Virus record (IMG/VR): IMGVR_UViG_3300000302_000058
From: an uncultured virus (IMG/VR IMGVR_UViG_3300000302_000058)
Lineage: Duplodnaviria > Heunggongvirae > Uroviricota > Caudoviricetes
Length of the DNA stretch: 64,000 nucleotides
Reading direction: 5' to 3' (one strand)
A program made the translations under genes and the position numbers. A model generated the notes under the pieces. The model saw only the letters and a program-made list of their open reading frames with translations. It did no database searches and was not told where the DNA came from. This document shows positions 49,139 through 58,917 of the stretch, piece after piece (the first letter of the stretch is position 1; each line of letters starts with the position of its first letter).

Positions 49139-50901
49139 TTTGTTTCTATTTCGTAGTCATCTATTAAAATTTGAGAAGTCACTTTATTGTCCCAAACATT
49201 TTTTTGACAAGTTCCAACAACAGTAAGACAAGTGTTTGGTTGAATAAATTGCTCGTACTCCTCTTCACTCGATTGGAATTTCATAAAGTCAACACCATTA
49301 CAACTAATTTTTAAAGTAGGCTTGCCCTTTGTCAAACCAAGAATCTGAACATTATTTTCTGAAAGAGGAATATCCTTGACCGCAACAGTAGCTTGTGGCA
49401 TTTCCTGACCCCAAATATCTAGCTCGGCAATCTCGATAATAGTCTGCGGATTTAGCTGAGAAGGTGCCCAAATAAAGTCTACCATATAAGCTGGCGTAAA
49501 ATCAACGTCTTTATATAGCTCATTGGTCTTTTGGATAAATGCTGCTACGTTCTTTTCTGGGATAGAACACCCGAAAGCCGCAGGATGCCCAGAAGCATAT
49601 TCCACAAGCCCTGTAGACTCACACAATTGCCGCATATCTTTAATAGAACAATAAGAGTAATTGCGTCCAGAGCCACGATAAAAATATTCTTTATCATCTT
49701 TAGTTTTCGTGCGGCGAAGAACGAGCGCTGGATGCTGATATTTAGCTTGTAATTTGTTTGCTACCAACCCAGCGATGTTAGCTTCAACCTCGTCAGGTTC
49801 ACAAAGAAGCAACAAGATAGCGTTGTCTGTTAGATGTTGCTCTTGGATTCGGCGCTCTAACAGTTCAACAGTTTCTTGGGTTAGTTTATCTTGGCGGCGT
49901 TTAACTCTTTCTGCTGTCGTAACAGCTTCTTGATAGTGAAAAACATATACACCTTTTTCACCACGTTTAGAAGATTCTACTTTTTCAAAAGCGTATTGCG
50001 TGAGCATACCCTTAAACACCGTATCTTGTTCTTCCAGCGTACCGCTGCGAGTCATAGCATTAATAAAAGGTACCGCCGCAAAAGCCATGCTTAAATAGTT
50101 GATGCCATTTCGCTTATCTAAAGTAAACTTATGTTTCTGACAAAGCTCATAAAGAAAAGGATTCTTTATGTTAGCAAATCCTTCGTTGATGATTGCTCGA
50201 ATTTCAAGCTCTCGATAATCTGCCATATCGCCGCAATTACCAAGAGCACATAAATCCATAAACTCTGTAGGTTGATTGCCGTGAATGATTAAATCTTCAA
50301 AAGCGGAAATAAAACGATAAGCAACACCTGCACCGGTTAACGCCTTATTTGGATACATACTATTCTGAACATTAATTACGATTGCGGGAGTTGAGTCAAC
50401 AGTTTCAATATCGTTGATTTCGTGATGGTCTAGAATAATAACTTGTATATTGCGTTTAATTGTTAATTCCATTTGCTGCTGCCAGTCGTTGCTTGCTGCA
50501 TCTGGAACGATAATCAAGTCACAATCAATCTTGTTCATCACGTCTGATAATCCGTGCTGTTTTCCATCGTGAAGAATATATGATAAATATTTCTCAGACC
50601 ATTCTGGTTTTCGGCTATAAAGATAGTTCATAATAATCGCCGCACTAGTATAACCGTCGCAATCACAGTCAGTAAGCACCTGTACGCGGCCATTGTTATT
50701 AATTACATTGGCAAGAGCATGACACGCTTCTTGCATCTTGTTCATATCATCAAGGTCTAACCAATCATACATATCACTCCAACCGGCTTTAAGCCACTTC
50801 TTCTGTTGCTCTGGTGTAGAGATGCCTCTATGATACATAATCTCTTCCACAGGGTTTATAAACCAATCAGGATGGATAGATTTATATAGTTTATATTCTA
50901 T
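49126..50901 (-). CDS. recJ: RecJ-like DHH ssDNA exonuclease (probable ATA start at 50901)
   Basis: DCDCDG, HGL, PD, LDHH, GAGV, GSGR, SGHPAAFG. Confidence 0.85.
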   Translation of the reverse strand: MEYKLYKSIHPDWFINPVEEIMYHRGISTPEQQKKWLKAGWSDMYDWLDLDDMNKMQEACHALANVINNNGRVQVLTDCDCDGYTSAAIIMNYLYSRKPEWSEKYLSYILHDGKQHGLSDVMNKIDCDLIIVPDAASNDWQQQMELTIKRNIQVIILDHHEINDIETVDSTPAIVINVQNSMYPNKALTGAGVAYRFISAFEDLIIHGNQPTEFMDLCALGNCGDMADYRELEIRAIINEGFANIKNPFLYELCQKHKFTLDKRNGINYLSMAFAAVPFINAMTRSGTLEEQDTVFKGMLTQYAFEKVESSKRGEKGVYVFHYQEAVTTAERVKRRQDKLTQETVELLERRIQEQHLTDNAILLLLCEPDEVEANIAGLVANKLQAKYQHPALVLRRTKTKDDKEYFYRGSGRNYSYCSIKDMRQLCESTGLVEYASGHPAAFGCSIPEKNVAAFIQKTNELYKDVDFTPAYMVDFIWAPSQLNPQTIIEIAELDIWGQEMPQATVAVKDIPLSENNVQILGLTKGKPTLKISCNGVDFMKFQSSEEEYEQFIQPNTCLTVVGTCQKNVWDNKVTSQILIDDYEIETKWIF

Positions 50902-50911
50902 TTATCTCACC

Positions 50912-52109
50912 TCAATTCAGGTAGATTCGATTCTTCCAAAGTTCCATAAATACTTTTTGACCTGCGTCCGTGGGACTTTGTTTATATCCCAGTAGCATTC
51001 CAGAAGTATCAAACAAAAAGGAGATACGAGCGTAAGCACTATACTTGCTATATATCTTCTGTAGTCTATTTACGACTCTCTCCCAATTTTCATCGCCTAT
51101 CTTTTGATAATCTGCATCGAATCCGATACATATTTCTTTAGCCCCCGCATCCAAAAGCAAATCAAACTGATACTTAGAAAGATTTGAACCGCACACGGCT
51201 ACGGCTAGATTGTTCTTCAATCCCAAATAGTTCATAGCAGCTAAAACCGATTTTTCGGACTCGAAGACCATAGCGATTTCCATCTTTTCGATTTGTGGCT
51301 TAGCCTGATATAAACCATATAGATTGAAACCAAGAGGATGATTGAATTGCCGCAATTTATATTTGCCGCTATCTTGCTTTTCTAGCTTGCTCCAAGGACG
51401 ATATTTGCCCCACTTCTCGTTCTCTTGGATAAGTGTTCTTTGTCTGATACCAACTAAACGACCATTTTCATCTACGTGCGGGATTATAATAGCTCCTTCT
51501 ACAGGGTCATATTTAATCCCCATATAATCGCACACTTCTTTCGAGATATGGTCTTGCGCCCAGTCTAAGATATGCGGCTGAGGGTAATGCCGCAAAATAG
51601 AACCATTAATTTCTGGTAATACTAGTTTCTCGTGATTGATTTTAATCGCGGAAAGTTCTTGCCATTTCCGCATANNNNNNNNNNNNNNNNNNNNNNNNNN
51701 NNNNNNNNNNNNNNNNNNNNNNNNNNNNNNNNNNNNNNNNNNNNNNNNNNNNNNNNNNNNNNNNNNNNNTCTTCCAATCCTCTTGGAGAGAAGCATCATC
51801 CACTTCTTCTAAGCGATATTGAAGATTAAAGAAATTAACGACATAGAATACAGCTTCGTTTAAATCTAGTTGCTGTGTTTTTTGAATTAACTCGAAGATA
51901 TCAAATGTCGCTGGTTCGCAATGGGTATAACAGTGAAAAAGTTTCTGCTCGCAATAATAGTATAGTTTATGACTATCGCCACCGTGACAAATTGTTTTGC
52001 AGATAATTGAACTATCATTCATCTGTGGTTCGGCTCCAAGAGCATCGAGAATTTCAAAAACATCCTCTGGCTCTAGAGCCTCTTTTACTTGATATTTATC
52101 GTAAGCCAT
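50912..52109 (-). CDS. dnaG: DNA primase (Zn finger + TOPRIM), N gap
   Basis: CKTICHGG...CYTHC; IIPH...GIRQR; FESEKS; GFDAD. Confidence 0.75.
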
Positions 52110-52110
52110 G

Positions 52111-55100
52111 CTACATCACCGGCTGTTCGATATCAAAAGCTGTAATTGGTAATTGTTTATAGTCCCAATCTGTAGCAAAAACTGTTTCGTAGCGACAAGT
52201 TGATTTATCCATTTGCATCCAAAGATAACCTCGGACAAAAGAGCCGCGACGATTCTTGTACACAGAGAGTTTGATGTTTGGCATTGGAAATCCTCTCTCT
52301 GCATATACTTGTAATTTCTCTTGGTCTGTCTCGGTAAGAGGAAGAAGAATGCTACCAAAATCAGCCTTTTCTGCAATTGCTTTACTGCCTTTAAGAAGGT
52401 TTGCGTCTGGTAGTGGGTCGGTTTTTGCACTCGTATAACTCCTATGTTTCCATAGTTACTGACTATATCTTACTCAGGAAAATATCACTGAGAACCCTGT
52501 TTCGGTTTTCAGAGGATTCGTTTCCTAAAACCTCGCTACGTATCAATAGTAGCCCTACTCCCCTGCCTTGCGACTTAGGGGATAGTCGATACACGGCTTA
52601 TTTTGTATTTCTATATTCCCATTGCTGGGTTTTACGATTAAATAATGGAATATCTGGATAAGGTTGTGAACGATAAATTAAACGATTAATATAGCCTATT
52701 TTAAATTGGGGGAATGCGTCGNNNNNNNNNNNNNNNNNNNNNNNNNNNNNNNNNNNNNNNNNNNNNNNNNNNNNNNNNNNNNNNNNNNNNNNNNNNNNNN
52801 NNNNNNNNNNNNNNNNNNNCTTGCAATGAACACATTGTTGCATATTTTTCCCGAATAGAAATTACGTCTTCTCTAGAGGCTACAATTCTTTTTTGTTTTA
52901 TTGCTTCTTTACCAATTGCGATATTTTTTTCAAGTGGTCGAAGCGGATAAGTATCTTTTTTATCGAACCACGTTTTGCCTGTATTAATATTNNNNNNNNN
53001 NNNNNNNNNNNNNNNNNNNNNNNNNNNNNNNNNNNNNNNNNNNNNNNNNNNNNNNNNNNNNNNNNNNNNNNNNNNNNNNNNNNNNNNNNNNGGAGAAAGA
53101 TTATATTGGTCTGCTATCGCTCGCATTGTAGAACTCCCGTTACGAAGTTCTTCTTTTATGGTTTCTACTTGCTCTTGTGATAAGATAGCTCTTGAATGTC
53201 GCTCTCCTTTTAATCCAAAAGTGTCTTGCCCGCCACTAGCAAGGTTATATCCGTGTTCTTTACTATCACTTTGATATTGTTGAATCCAATATCTTTCTCG
53301 TTCATTCAATTGTTCTCGCAAACAACGTTCTAGTATTTCTATATATACATTTTCACGCCCATATTTACGCATAGCTCTATGGACAGGAAGCATATAGTCT
53401 CTTTGCGTTTTTGAATTGAGATTATCTTCGGTGGCATTAGCACTTAACCAGTGCTCGGTTATTCTTCTATAAATATCAGTTGATTGACCAATATAAACTT
53501 TTGAAGTTGTTAAAAAACCAATTTTATATATTCCACATATTTTCTCTCTCATAAAAGAACCTCCTAACTTGATAGTCAATCCTTTTATGAAAATACAAAA
53601 TACATCGCACGGGATTGACTTGATATATATTATACCCATTTTGCCGAATCGTTAAGCAAAAAGTGTTCATATATATTTTAGTTTTCCCCGTTAGCAATTA
53701 TCCAGTTTTGCCCAGATAATTACCCCGCTGATAAACGGATAAGGTGTTATTGCCAATACAAAAAGTTTAGCATTCGTCTGCGTCGCAGACATAATAAAAA
53801 CATTGAAATCGTTAGCTATCTCTTTTAATCTAGTTGATAGAAGCGATAAGATAATATCTTCACGCATCGCCATACCATGCGTTTGATTTGTTACTTCCGT
53901 TAAAAGACCAAGTGAACTATTGAGATAATCAAAAAATACTACTTTGGTGTGGTTAACACGAATATTCCTTTTGATTGTATTTTCTACTTGTTTAATCGTA
54001 TAGTCTGGTAAGATTTCAAGATATAGCGGCGATTCTTTTAGAACTTGTGCGGCTTGAACCATCACGGGGTCAGAAAAAGAAATACGCTGTAGTAAAATAT
54101 CTTCTTCGTTATAACCAGTCAAAAAAGCCAGTGCCATTGTTGTCAATTCCTCTACGTCAAGCTCTGTAGAGATAAACAGCACTGGTTGATTGTTCTTTTG
54201 TACCCATTCCCCATTTTCAGGGTCGAAGATAGCATTACAAGCCATATAGCAAGCATCGGCAAGCATTGAACGGGTTTTCACTTTGTTATCCTAAAGGCTT
54301 TTTATCCTTTAGTTCTTACGGTTTCCCGCAAGGTCGGCATATCTTTTCTGTTTTATAAACAGTCGGAGCCTCTTGGAGATATTATTTCAATCTCTATGCT
54401 CTGCGGCTGGTTTCCCTTCACCTCTGATTAGCATAGCCGAAGCTTTAGCCTTCCAGATTTTTTCTCCGATTTATAGTCGGCAAAACCATTACCGACTCCC
54501 GTAGGAGCACTTCTTAAATAATATTTTCCATATCTCGCTCCACGGGTAATTCCGTTCAATCCTTTGTCTGCGAACGGAGCACCTATTTCAGGCGTCTCCT
54601 CTAATGATGCTAGAACCTCTGCCACACTATCACCAATTCTAAGAGCGTGGTCTGTGGCATTGTCTACATATACATCACGCACAGTAAGTATCTTGTTATC
54701 CACTATGTCCGCAAGCTCGTTTAGTGATATGCGATTTAGATAGTTCTCTTGTTGCTCCTTCTTTTCTATGTCTAGAAGGTTGTCGGGGTCGTAAAGCCAA
54801 GTCATGTCAACTCCGGCTTTGGTGTATCCCCGCAAAAGTGTCATCTTTTTTAAACGACTGTAATAATAATCAAAGTTAGCAATGTCCGCAGTGTTAATAC
54901 AATTCTGTAACCACTCGCTACCCTTTGACTGTTGATATATGCCATAAGATTCTGGGTGTCCTTGAAGATAATCTTCAATTGTCTTTGGGGTAATTCTCTC
55001 TGCTCCCATTTGATGTAGATTAAAAATTGCCCCAAAAGCAACTCTGTGAATCTCAGTTACAAAATCATCTGCCGAGTAAAAGTATTGTCCATCTTCATTA

Positions 55101-55177
55101 AGTAATTTTGGTTGTAATATCGTACAACCAATTACTTGAATCGCCGCACTCGTATCATAATAGTTCGGTTTAGCCAA
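52111..55177 (-). CDS. dnaB: Replicative DnaB-like helicase, 3 exons (55177-54491, 54278-53769, 52431-52111), 505 aa spliced
   Basis: Spliced Walker A APTGVG|KT; FISTE; FFDY; SATQTNA|SAKTDPLPDANLLKGSKAIAEKAD; YKNRRG. Confidence 0.9.
52432..53768 (-). mobile_element. Group I intron 2 in dnaB (with HEG)
   Basis: Exon ends GCT, intron ends G; P10 tttttgtatt pairs with exon agtgcaaaaa; GTATCGACTATCCC / AAGATATAGTC core. Confidence 0.88.
52598..53552 (-). CDS. Intron-encoded GIY-YIG homing endonuclease (N gaps; end uncertain)
   Basis: SD aggagg, MREKICGIYKI...VYIGQS...ERERYWI...GYNL. Confidence 0.8.
54279..54490 (-). mobile_element. Group I intron 1 in dnaB, 212 nt, no ORF
   Basis: P1 GUCGGU/GCCGAC, P10 GGUUUU/AAAACC, P3 UCGGAG/CUCCGA, P7 GaGCAUA/UAUGCC, P9 GAAA loop, terminal G. 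Confidence 0.88.
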
Positions 55178-55189
55178 ACGTTCACCTCC

Positions 55190-55552
55190 CTATTTAAGCT
55201 CAAACATCTTTAGCGTTTTTGGTTTGACCATATAAGGGGATGGAGCAACTAAACGCTCCACTTCTGGTTGTGAATACTCTTGAATACTATCTGCTACCTC
55301 TTGGAATTGCTTCTGTGCTTCGCAATATTCTAAAGCTTCTTTGTAGATGTGCGGCACAATACCAATTCCGCCGCCAGCTCTAGCGGGGTCTGCTTTTTTT
55401 ACATCATACCAGTATACCAGAATTCGTGCTATATCGTCAAAAGTCAAACCAATACCATCAGTATATTCTTTTATTTGGTCTACTACTTTTCTATAGTAGT
55501 AATGAGAACCAAGATAATGGCGGCAAACTGCCAGAAGTTCTTTATGTGTCAT
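55190..55552 (-). CDS. Hypothetical protein upstream of helicase
   Basis: 120 aa, GIGIVPHIY motif. Confidence 0.65.
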   Translation of the reverse strand: MTHKELLAVCRHYLGSHYYYRKVVDQIKEYTDGIGLTFDDIARILVYWYDVKKADPARAGGGIGIVPHIYKEALEYCEAQKQFQEVADSIQEYSQPEVERLVAPSPYMVKPKTLKMFELK

Positions 55553-55592
55553 AAAAAAAGGAGGATAGAAAATATCCTCTCTATCCTCCTTT
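55553..55592 (-). terminator. Terminator-like hairpin abutting the next ATG
   Basis: aaaggaggataga / tctatcctccttt plus T-run. Confidence 0.65.
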
Positions 55593-55604
55593 CGTTAATT
55601 ACAA

Positions 55605-56606
55605 TTAAATACCATTGCCGATTTGCTCTTTAAGGTCGTTGACGATAAGCTCAACTGCGTCAACTTGGTCGGGCGTGCATTCAGAAATCTTTTTGCCCTT
55701 GCCAAGATACTTGGCAACAGTTTCAGCGATACGTGGTGCCCATTGCGTACCAAAAGCTCCGCCAGTAACATCTTGAAGTTTTGCAACCATTTCATCAAAT
55801 TCCGCCATGAGTTCGTTAAAGTCTAGCGGTTCAGGCTGCTTATAAGCCTCGGAAGGCTTGTCGGTAACAAACTTGTTGCCAGTCTCTTGGGCTTGCTTGT
55901 CAATAGCATCACCAATAGCGTTCACAAGATTGTCATAAGTAAACTCAATAGATTCAGGAGTGTATTTAAAGCGAGAACCGGCTACAAAGCGGGGGGTGCC
56001 ACGCATAAATAGAGTTGTATGTGTAGTACCGTCTTCTTCCTGCATCGGGTGAGCATAGCCAATAATATCTGCCATACGGTCAACAATTAGACGAGGACGA
56101 TTGGCAAGAGTCGGCACAATCTGGTTATATTCAGAACCAGTTTCGTCCTTAAAAGTCTTGTCCTGAGAGTGAGAAATCATTACAAGACCAAATCCCATTT
56201 GCGGAATTGCTCGTAGGCATTCGTCAAACTCCTTGGATGCCTGAGCATAGCCGCCACCGTAGGGGATATCACCAATGTTAGAAACGCCGTTGTTATTGCA
56301 AATATACTTTTCACAAAGGTCATAAGCGATATCTACAGTATCAACGATAATGTTCTCATAAATTTCGTGAGCTTTTTCGTCTTTAAGCTGCTTTAGTACC
56401 TGCTTAAATTCACTCCACTTGTTGATAGGAAGTGCCATAACGCCGGGGATAGTTAGATAACCAGCCTCGAAAGCAAGAAGAAGCGGTTTAGGGAACTTTG
56501 CGGCGGTTGTGGTTTTACCGGTCTTAGGTTGCCCATAGAACAAGCAAGTATAACCGCGAAGGTCACGACTAACTTCGTGTGGCTTTACGTCAAAAATACT
56601 AATCAT
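55605..56606 (-). CDS. AAA_24/Sak4-like ATPase (recombination)
   Basis: GQPKTGKTT, IIVDT, ISHS, DIIGY, AGSRF. Confidence 0.75.
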   Translation of the reverse strand: MISIFDVKPHEVSRDLRGYTCLFYGQPKTGKTTTAAKFPKPLLLAFEAGYLTIPGVMALPINKWSEFKQVLKQLKDEKAHEIYENIIVDTVDIAYDLCEKYICNNNGVSNIGDIPYGGGYAQASKEFDECLRAIPQMGFGLVMISHSQDKTFKDETGSEYNQIVPTLANRPRLIVDRMADIIGYAHPMQEEDGTTHTTLFMRGTPRFVAGSRFKYTPESIEFTYDNLVNAIGDAIDKQAQETGNKFVTDKPSEAYKQPEPLDFNELMAEFDEMVAKLQDVTGGAFGTQWAPRIAETVAKYLGKGKKISECTPDQVDAVELIVNDLKEQIGNGI

Positions 56607-56647
56607 TATATCTCCAATCTATAGGTCGTTTATATTCTGTTTATAGA

Positions 56648-57598
56648 TTAGAAAGTATAATTCTTATCATTCTTAGCGGGAACTGCACTCGAAGCAGGTG
56701 CAGCCGCAGAAGCAGGGAAACCAGCCTTACCAGTCGTAGTGCTATTCTGCTGATTAGTACGAGCTTCAAGGTCGGCAAGACGCTGCTGACGCTCGGCCAT
56801 TGCCTTGTTTAGCTCTTCCTGAGTAACGGTATCTTCATTCATACCTTCGTTGACATTAGCACCAACAACCTCCCAAGTGCGGAAAGTGCGGGTAGTCTCA
56901 CGAACCTGCGGAGCACCGAAAGCTACAGCAGAATCATCCTCTTCCTGCTCGGATACAACAACTGTAGACTTGATGTTGCCCCAAACCTTACCAAAATAAG
57001 GATTACTTGCGGAAATATCCTCGTTAAGGAAGAACTTCTTGCCTCCCTCGGACTGAACAGAGAAAGTCACAGGGAGAATAGCGCCACGATAATTGAAAGC
57101 GAAACCCTGTAGAGAAACGTACTCAGAACCATCATTGGATTCACGCTCCATTGCAGCCTGAAGTAGAACGTCAGCTTCAAAAGAGGTAGCAGGCATCTTA
57201 TCAGAGCTGATAACCTCATTAGCATTGAGGAAGTGAAGGAAGGAGCCACGAACACGTTTACCAGTAACAAGTTGACCATCACGACCGTAGAAATCATTAA
57301 CGTCGATAGCGCCAGTTACACGAACACGAGCCGCATCGGTACCAAGCTCTTCAAAAGTCTTGTTCTCAGTCATAATCTGCTTAAGGTTGGTGAAAGTAGA
57401 ATTAACGGTACCCTTCTTAGTCTTCTCAGGCACATAGAAATTAACAGGTACGACATTCACCGCATCATCATCAGTGGCGATATTAACAAGACCCATAATT
57501 ACTTTATCGCCGGGATTACGAGTAGAATCACGCTCTTGTAGCGTGTGAGAGAAAACATACCCTCGAACAGAAACCGCGTTAGCAAAAGATTCTTTCAA
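56648..57598 (-). CDS. Probable ssDNA-binding protein (TTG start at 57598)
   Basis: Beta-rich, low-complexity tail ending in an aromatic residue; adjacent to Sak4-like gene; strong codon bias. Confidence 0.5.
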   Translation of the reverse strand: MKESFANAVSVRGYVFSHTLQERDSTRNPGDKVIMGLVNIATDDDAVNVVPVNFYVPEKTKKGTVNSTFTNLKQIMTENKTFEELGTDAARVRVTGAIDVNDFYGRDGQLVTGKRVRGSFLHFLNANEVISSDKMPATSFEADVLLQAAMERESNDGSEYVSLQGFAFNYRGAILPVTFSVQSEGGKKFFLNEDISASNPYFGKVWGNIKSTVVVSEQEEDDSAVAFGAPQVRETTRTFRTWEVVGANVNEGMNEDTVTQEELNKAMAERQQRLADLEARTNQQNSTTTGKAGFPASAAAPASSAVPAKNDKNYTF

Positions 57599-57648
57599 AT
57601 CAGCACTCTCCTTTTCTATATGCAATTTTTAATATCATTGTGAAAAAT

Positions 57649-57677
57649 GTTATATCAATCAATTTTTAAAGTGTCAA
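57649..57677 (-). promoter_or_regulatory. Sigma70-type promoter
   Basis: TTGACA-17-TATAAC with extended TG. Confidence 0.65.
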
Positions 57678-57680
57678 GTG

Positions 57681-58595
57681 TTACCCCTTGAGAGTGTTTG
57701 ATTGATTTCCACGCTTAGAATTCAGCCCAACAGTATCGGCTGAATACAAATCAATAAATTGACGCTCTTTAGCGTCCAAATCTTCAGGACTACAGCTTTC
57801 CAATAGCTCGAAAGAAAAATTCCAAACGCCGTCTCGCCGCATAGCTGCATAGAGCTGGTTGGCGTTACTCGCGGGCATAGCTCCCAAGCCGCACTTGATA
57901 TGGTCTATCCATCTTTTCTTGATGCTCTTGGATTGCCCAACATAACACTCTTGTGTTAGTTGGTCTGTAATCTTATAAATGCCGCACACTTCATCTTGCC
58001 CTAAAATACCAGATAAGAAAGCTTTCATTTTCTTTTGGAAAAATACAGACCAAATACACTTACCTAGAACTTCAGGAAATTTTAGTTTAGGCATAATGTT
58101 ATTTAGATATTCAACATCATGAATTTCATCGTCGGCCATAGGTACACAATACTTATCTGGCTGTTCTTGAACTTCACGTTCCTTTCGAGCGGCTTCTATA
58201 GCGGCGTCTCGTGTGCGTTTTAAAGAATCAAGCTCTTTTTGAACTTGCTTTTTTTCGTCTTCTAAAACTTGAACAAAAGATTCATAATCTGAATTTTGTT
58301 GATTGGCACGTCGTTTATACTCAACATCCAAAGCCTTAATCTTTTCATCATAAGCTTTTTGAGCAGACTGCTGAGCATCTTCAATCAATTGTTTTTTAGA
58401 TTGATATTCACGTTCGATTTGACTTATCCAAACTTGCTTATCTTGAATATCCTTTTCAATTGCTTGACGTTGCCGCAAAACTTCATCATTATTCAGTTGT
58501 TCTTGATGTGTTACAGTCTTTTGTCCTACAAAAAAGCTAATGACAATTAAGACTAAGGATGCCGCGATAATGCCAATTAAAATCGCGGCATCCAA
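57681..58595 (-). CDS. TM + coiled-coil + C-terminal GIY-YIG nuclease
   Basis: AAILIGIIAASLVLIVISFFVG; ~120-aa coiled coil; GIYKIT...YVGQS...RW...E. Confidence 0.8.
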   Translation of the reverse strand: MDAAILIGIIAASLVLIVISFFVGQKTVTHQEQLNNDEVLRQRQAIEKDIQDKQVWISQIEREYQSKKQLIEDAQQSAQKAYDEKIKALDVEYKRRANQQNSDYESFVQVLEDEKKQVQKELDSLKRTRDAAIEAARKEREVQEQPDKYCVPMADDEIHDVEYLNNIMPKLKFPEVLGKCIWSVFFQKKMKAFLSGILGQDEVCGIYKITDQLTQECYVGQSKSIKKRWIDHIKCGLGAMPASNANQLYAAMRRDGVWNFSFELLESCSPEDLDAKERQFIDLYSADTVGLNSKRGNQSNTLKG

Positions 58596-58603
58596 TTAAT
58601 CAC

Positions 58604-58849
58604 CTACTCGGCGAGAGGGTCAACCTGCTGACCAGCGTCGGTGAGACGAATAAACTTAACAGTGTTCTCACCAACAGTAACCTCTTCGCGGACAACGAAA
58701 CCCTTCTTGACAAGGCTGTTTAGAACACCAGTAATAGAGCGAGTGGGAATCCCTGCGGCCTCAGCTAGTTCTTTAGAGGTCATATCCACAGTTGGATTGC
58801 TCTGTAGAAAAGTTAGTACCTTTTGTGCATTCTCTGAAAACATTGCCAT
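58604..58849 (-). CDS. Winged-helix DNA-binding protein
   Basis: TSKELAEAAGI...SITGVLNSLVKKGFV...IRLTDAG. Confidence 0.75.
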   Translation of the reverse strand: MAMFSENAQKVLTFLQSNPTVDMTSKELAEAAGIPTRSITGVLNSLVKKGFVVREEVTVGENTVKFIRLTDAGQQVDPLAE

Positions 58850-58917
58850 AATAAAATCTCCTTTTATCTCTGTGAGGTTTAATCCTCGCTTATATTATGT
58901 CTTTATTATACCCTACT

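Noticed and set aside
52116..52430. Listed 104-aa ORF MQKPTHY...
   Set aside because: Wrong frame; the region is dnaB exon 3 in the frame starting at 52431.
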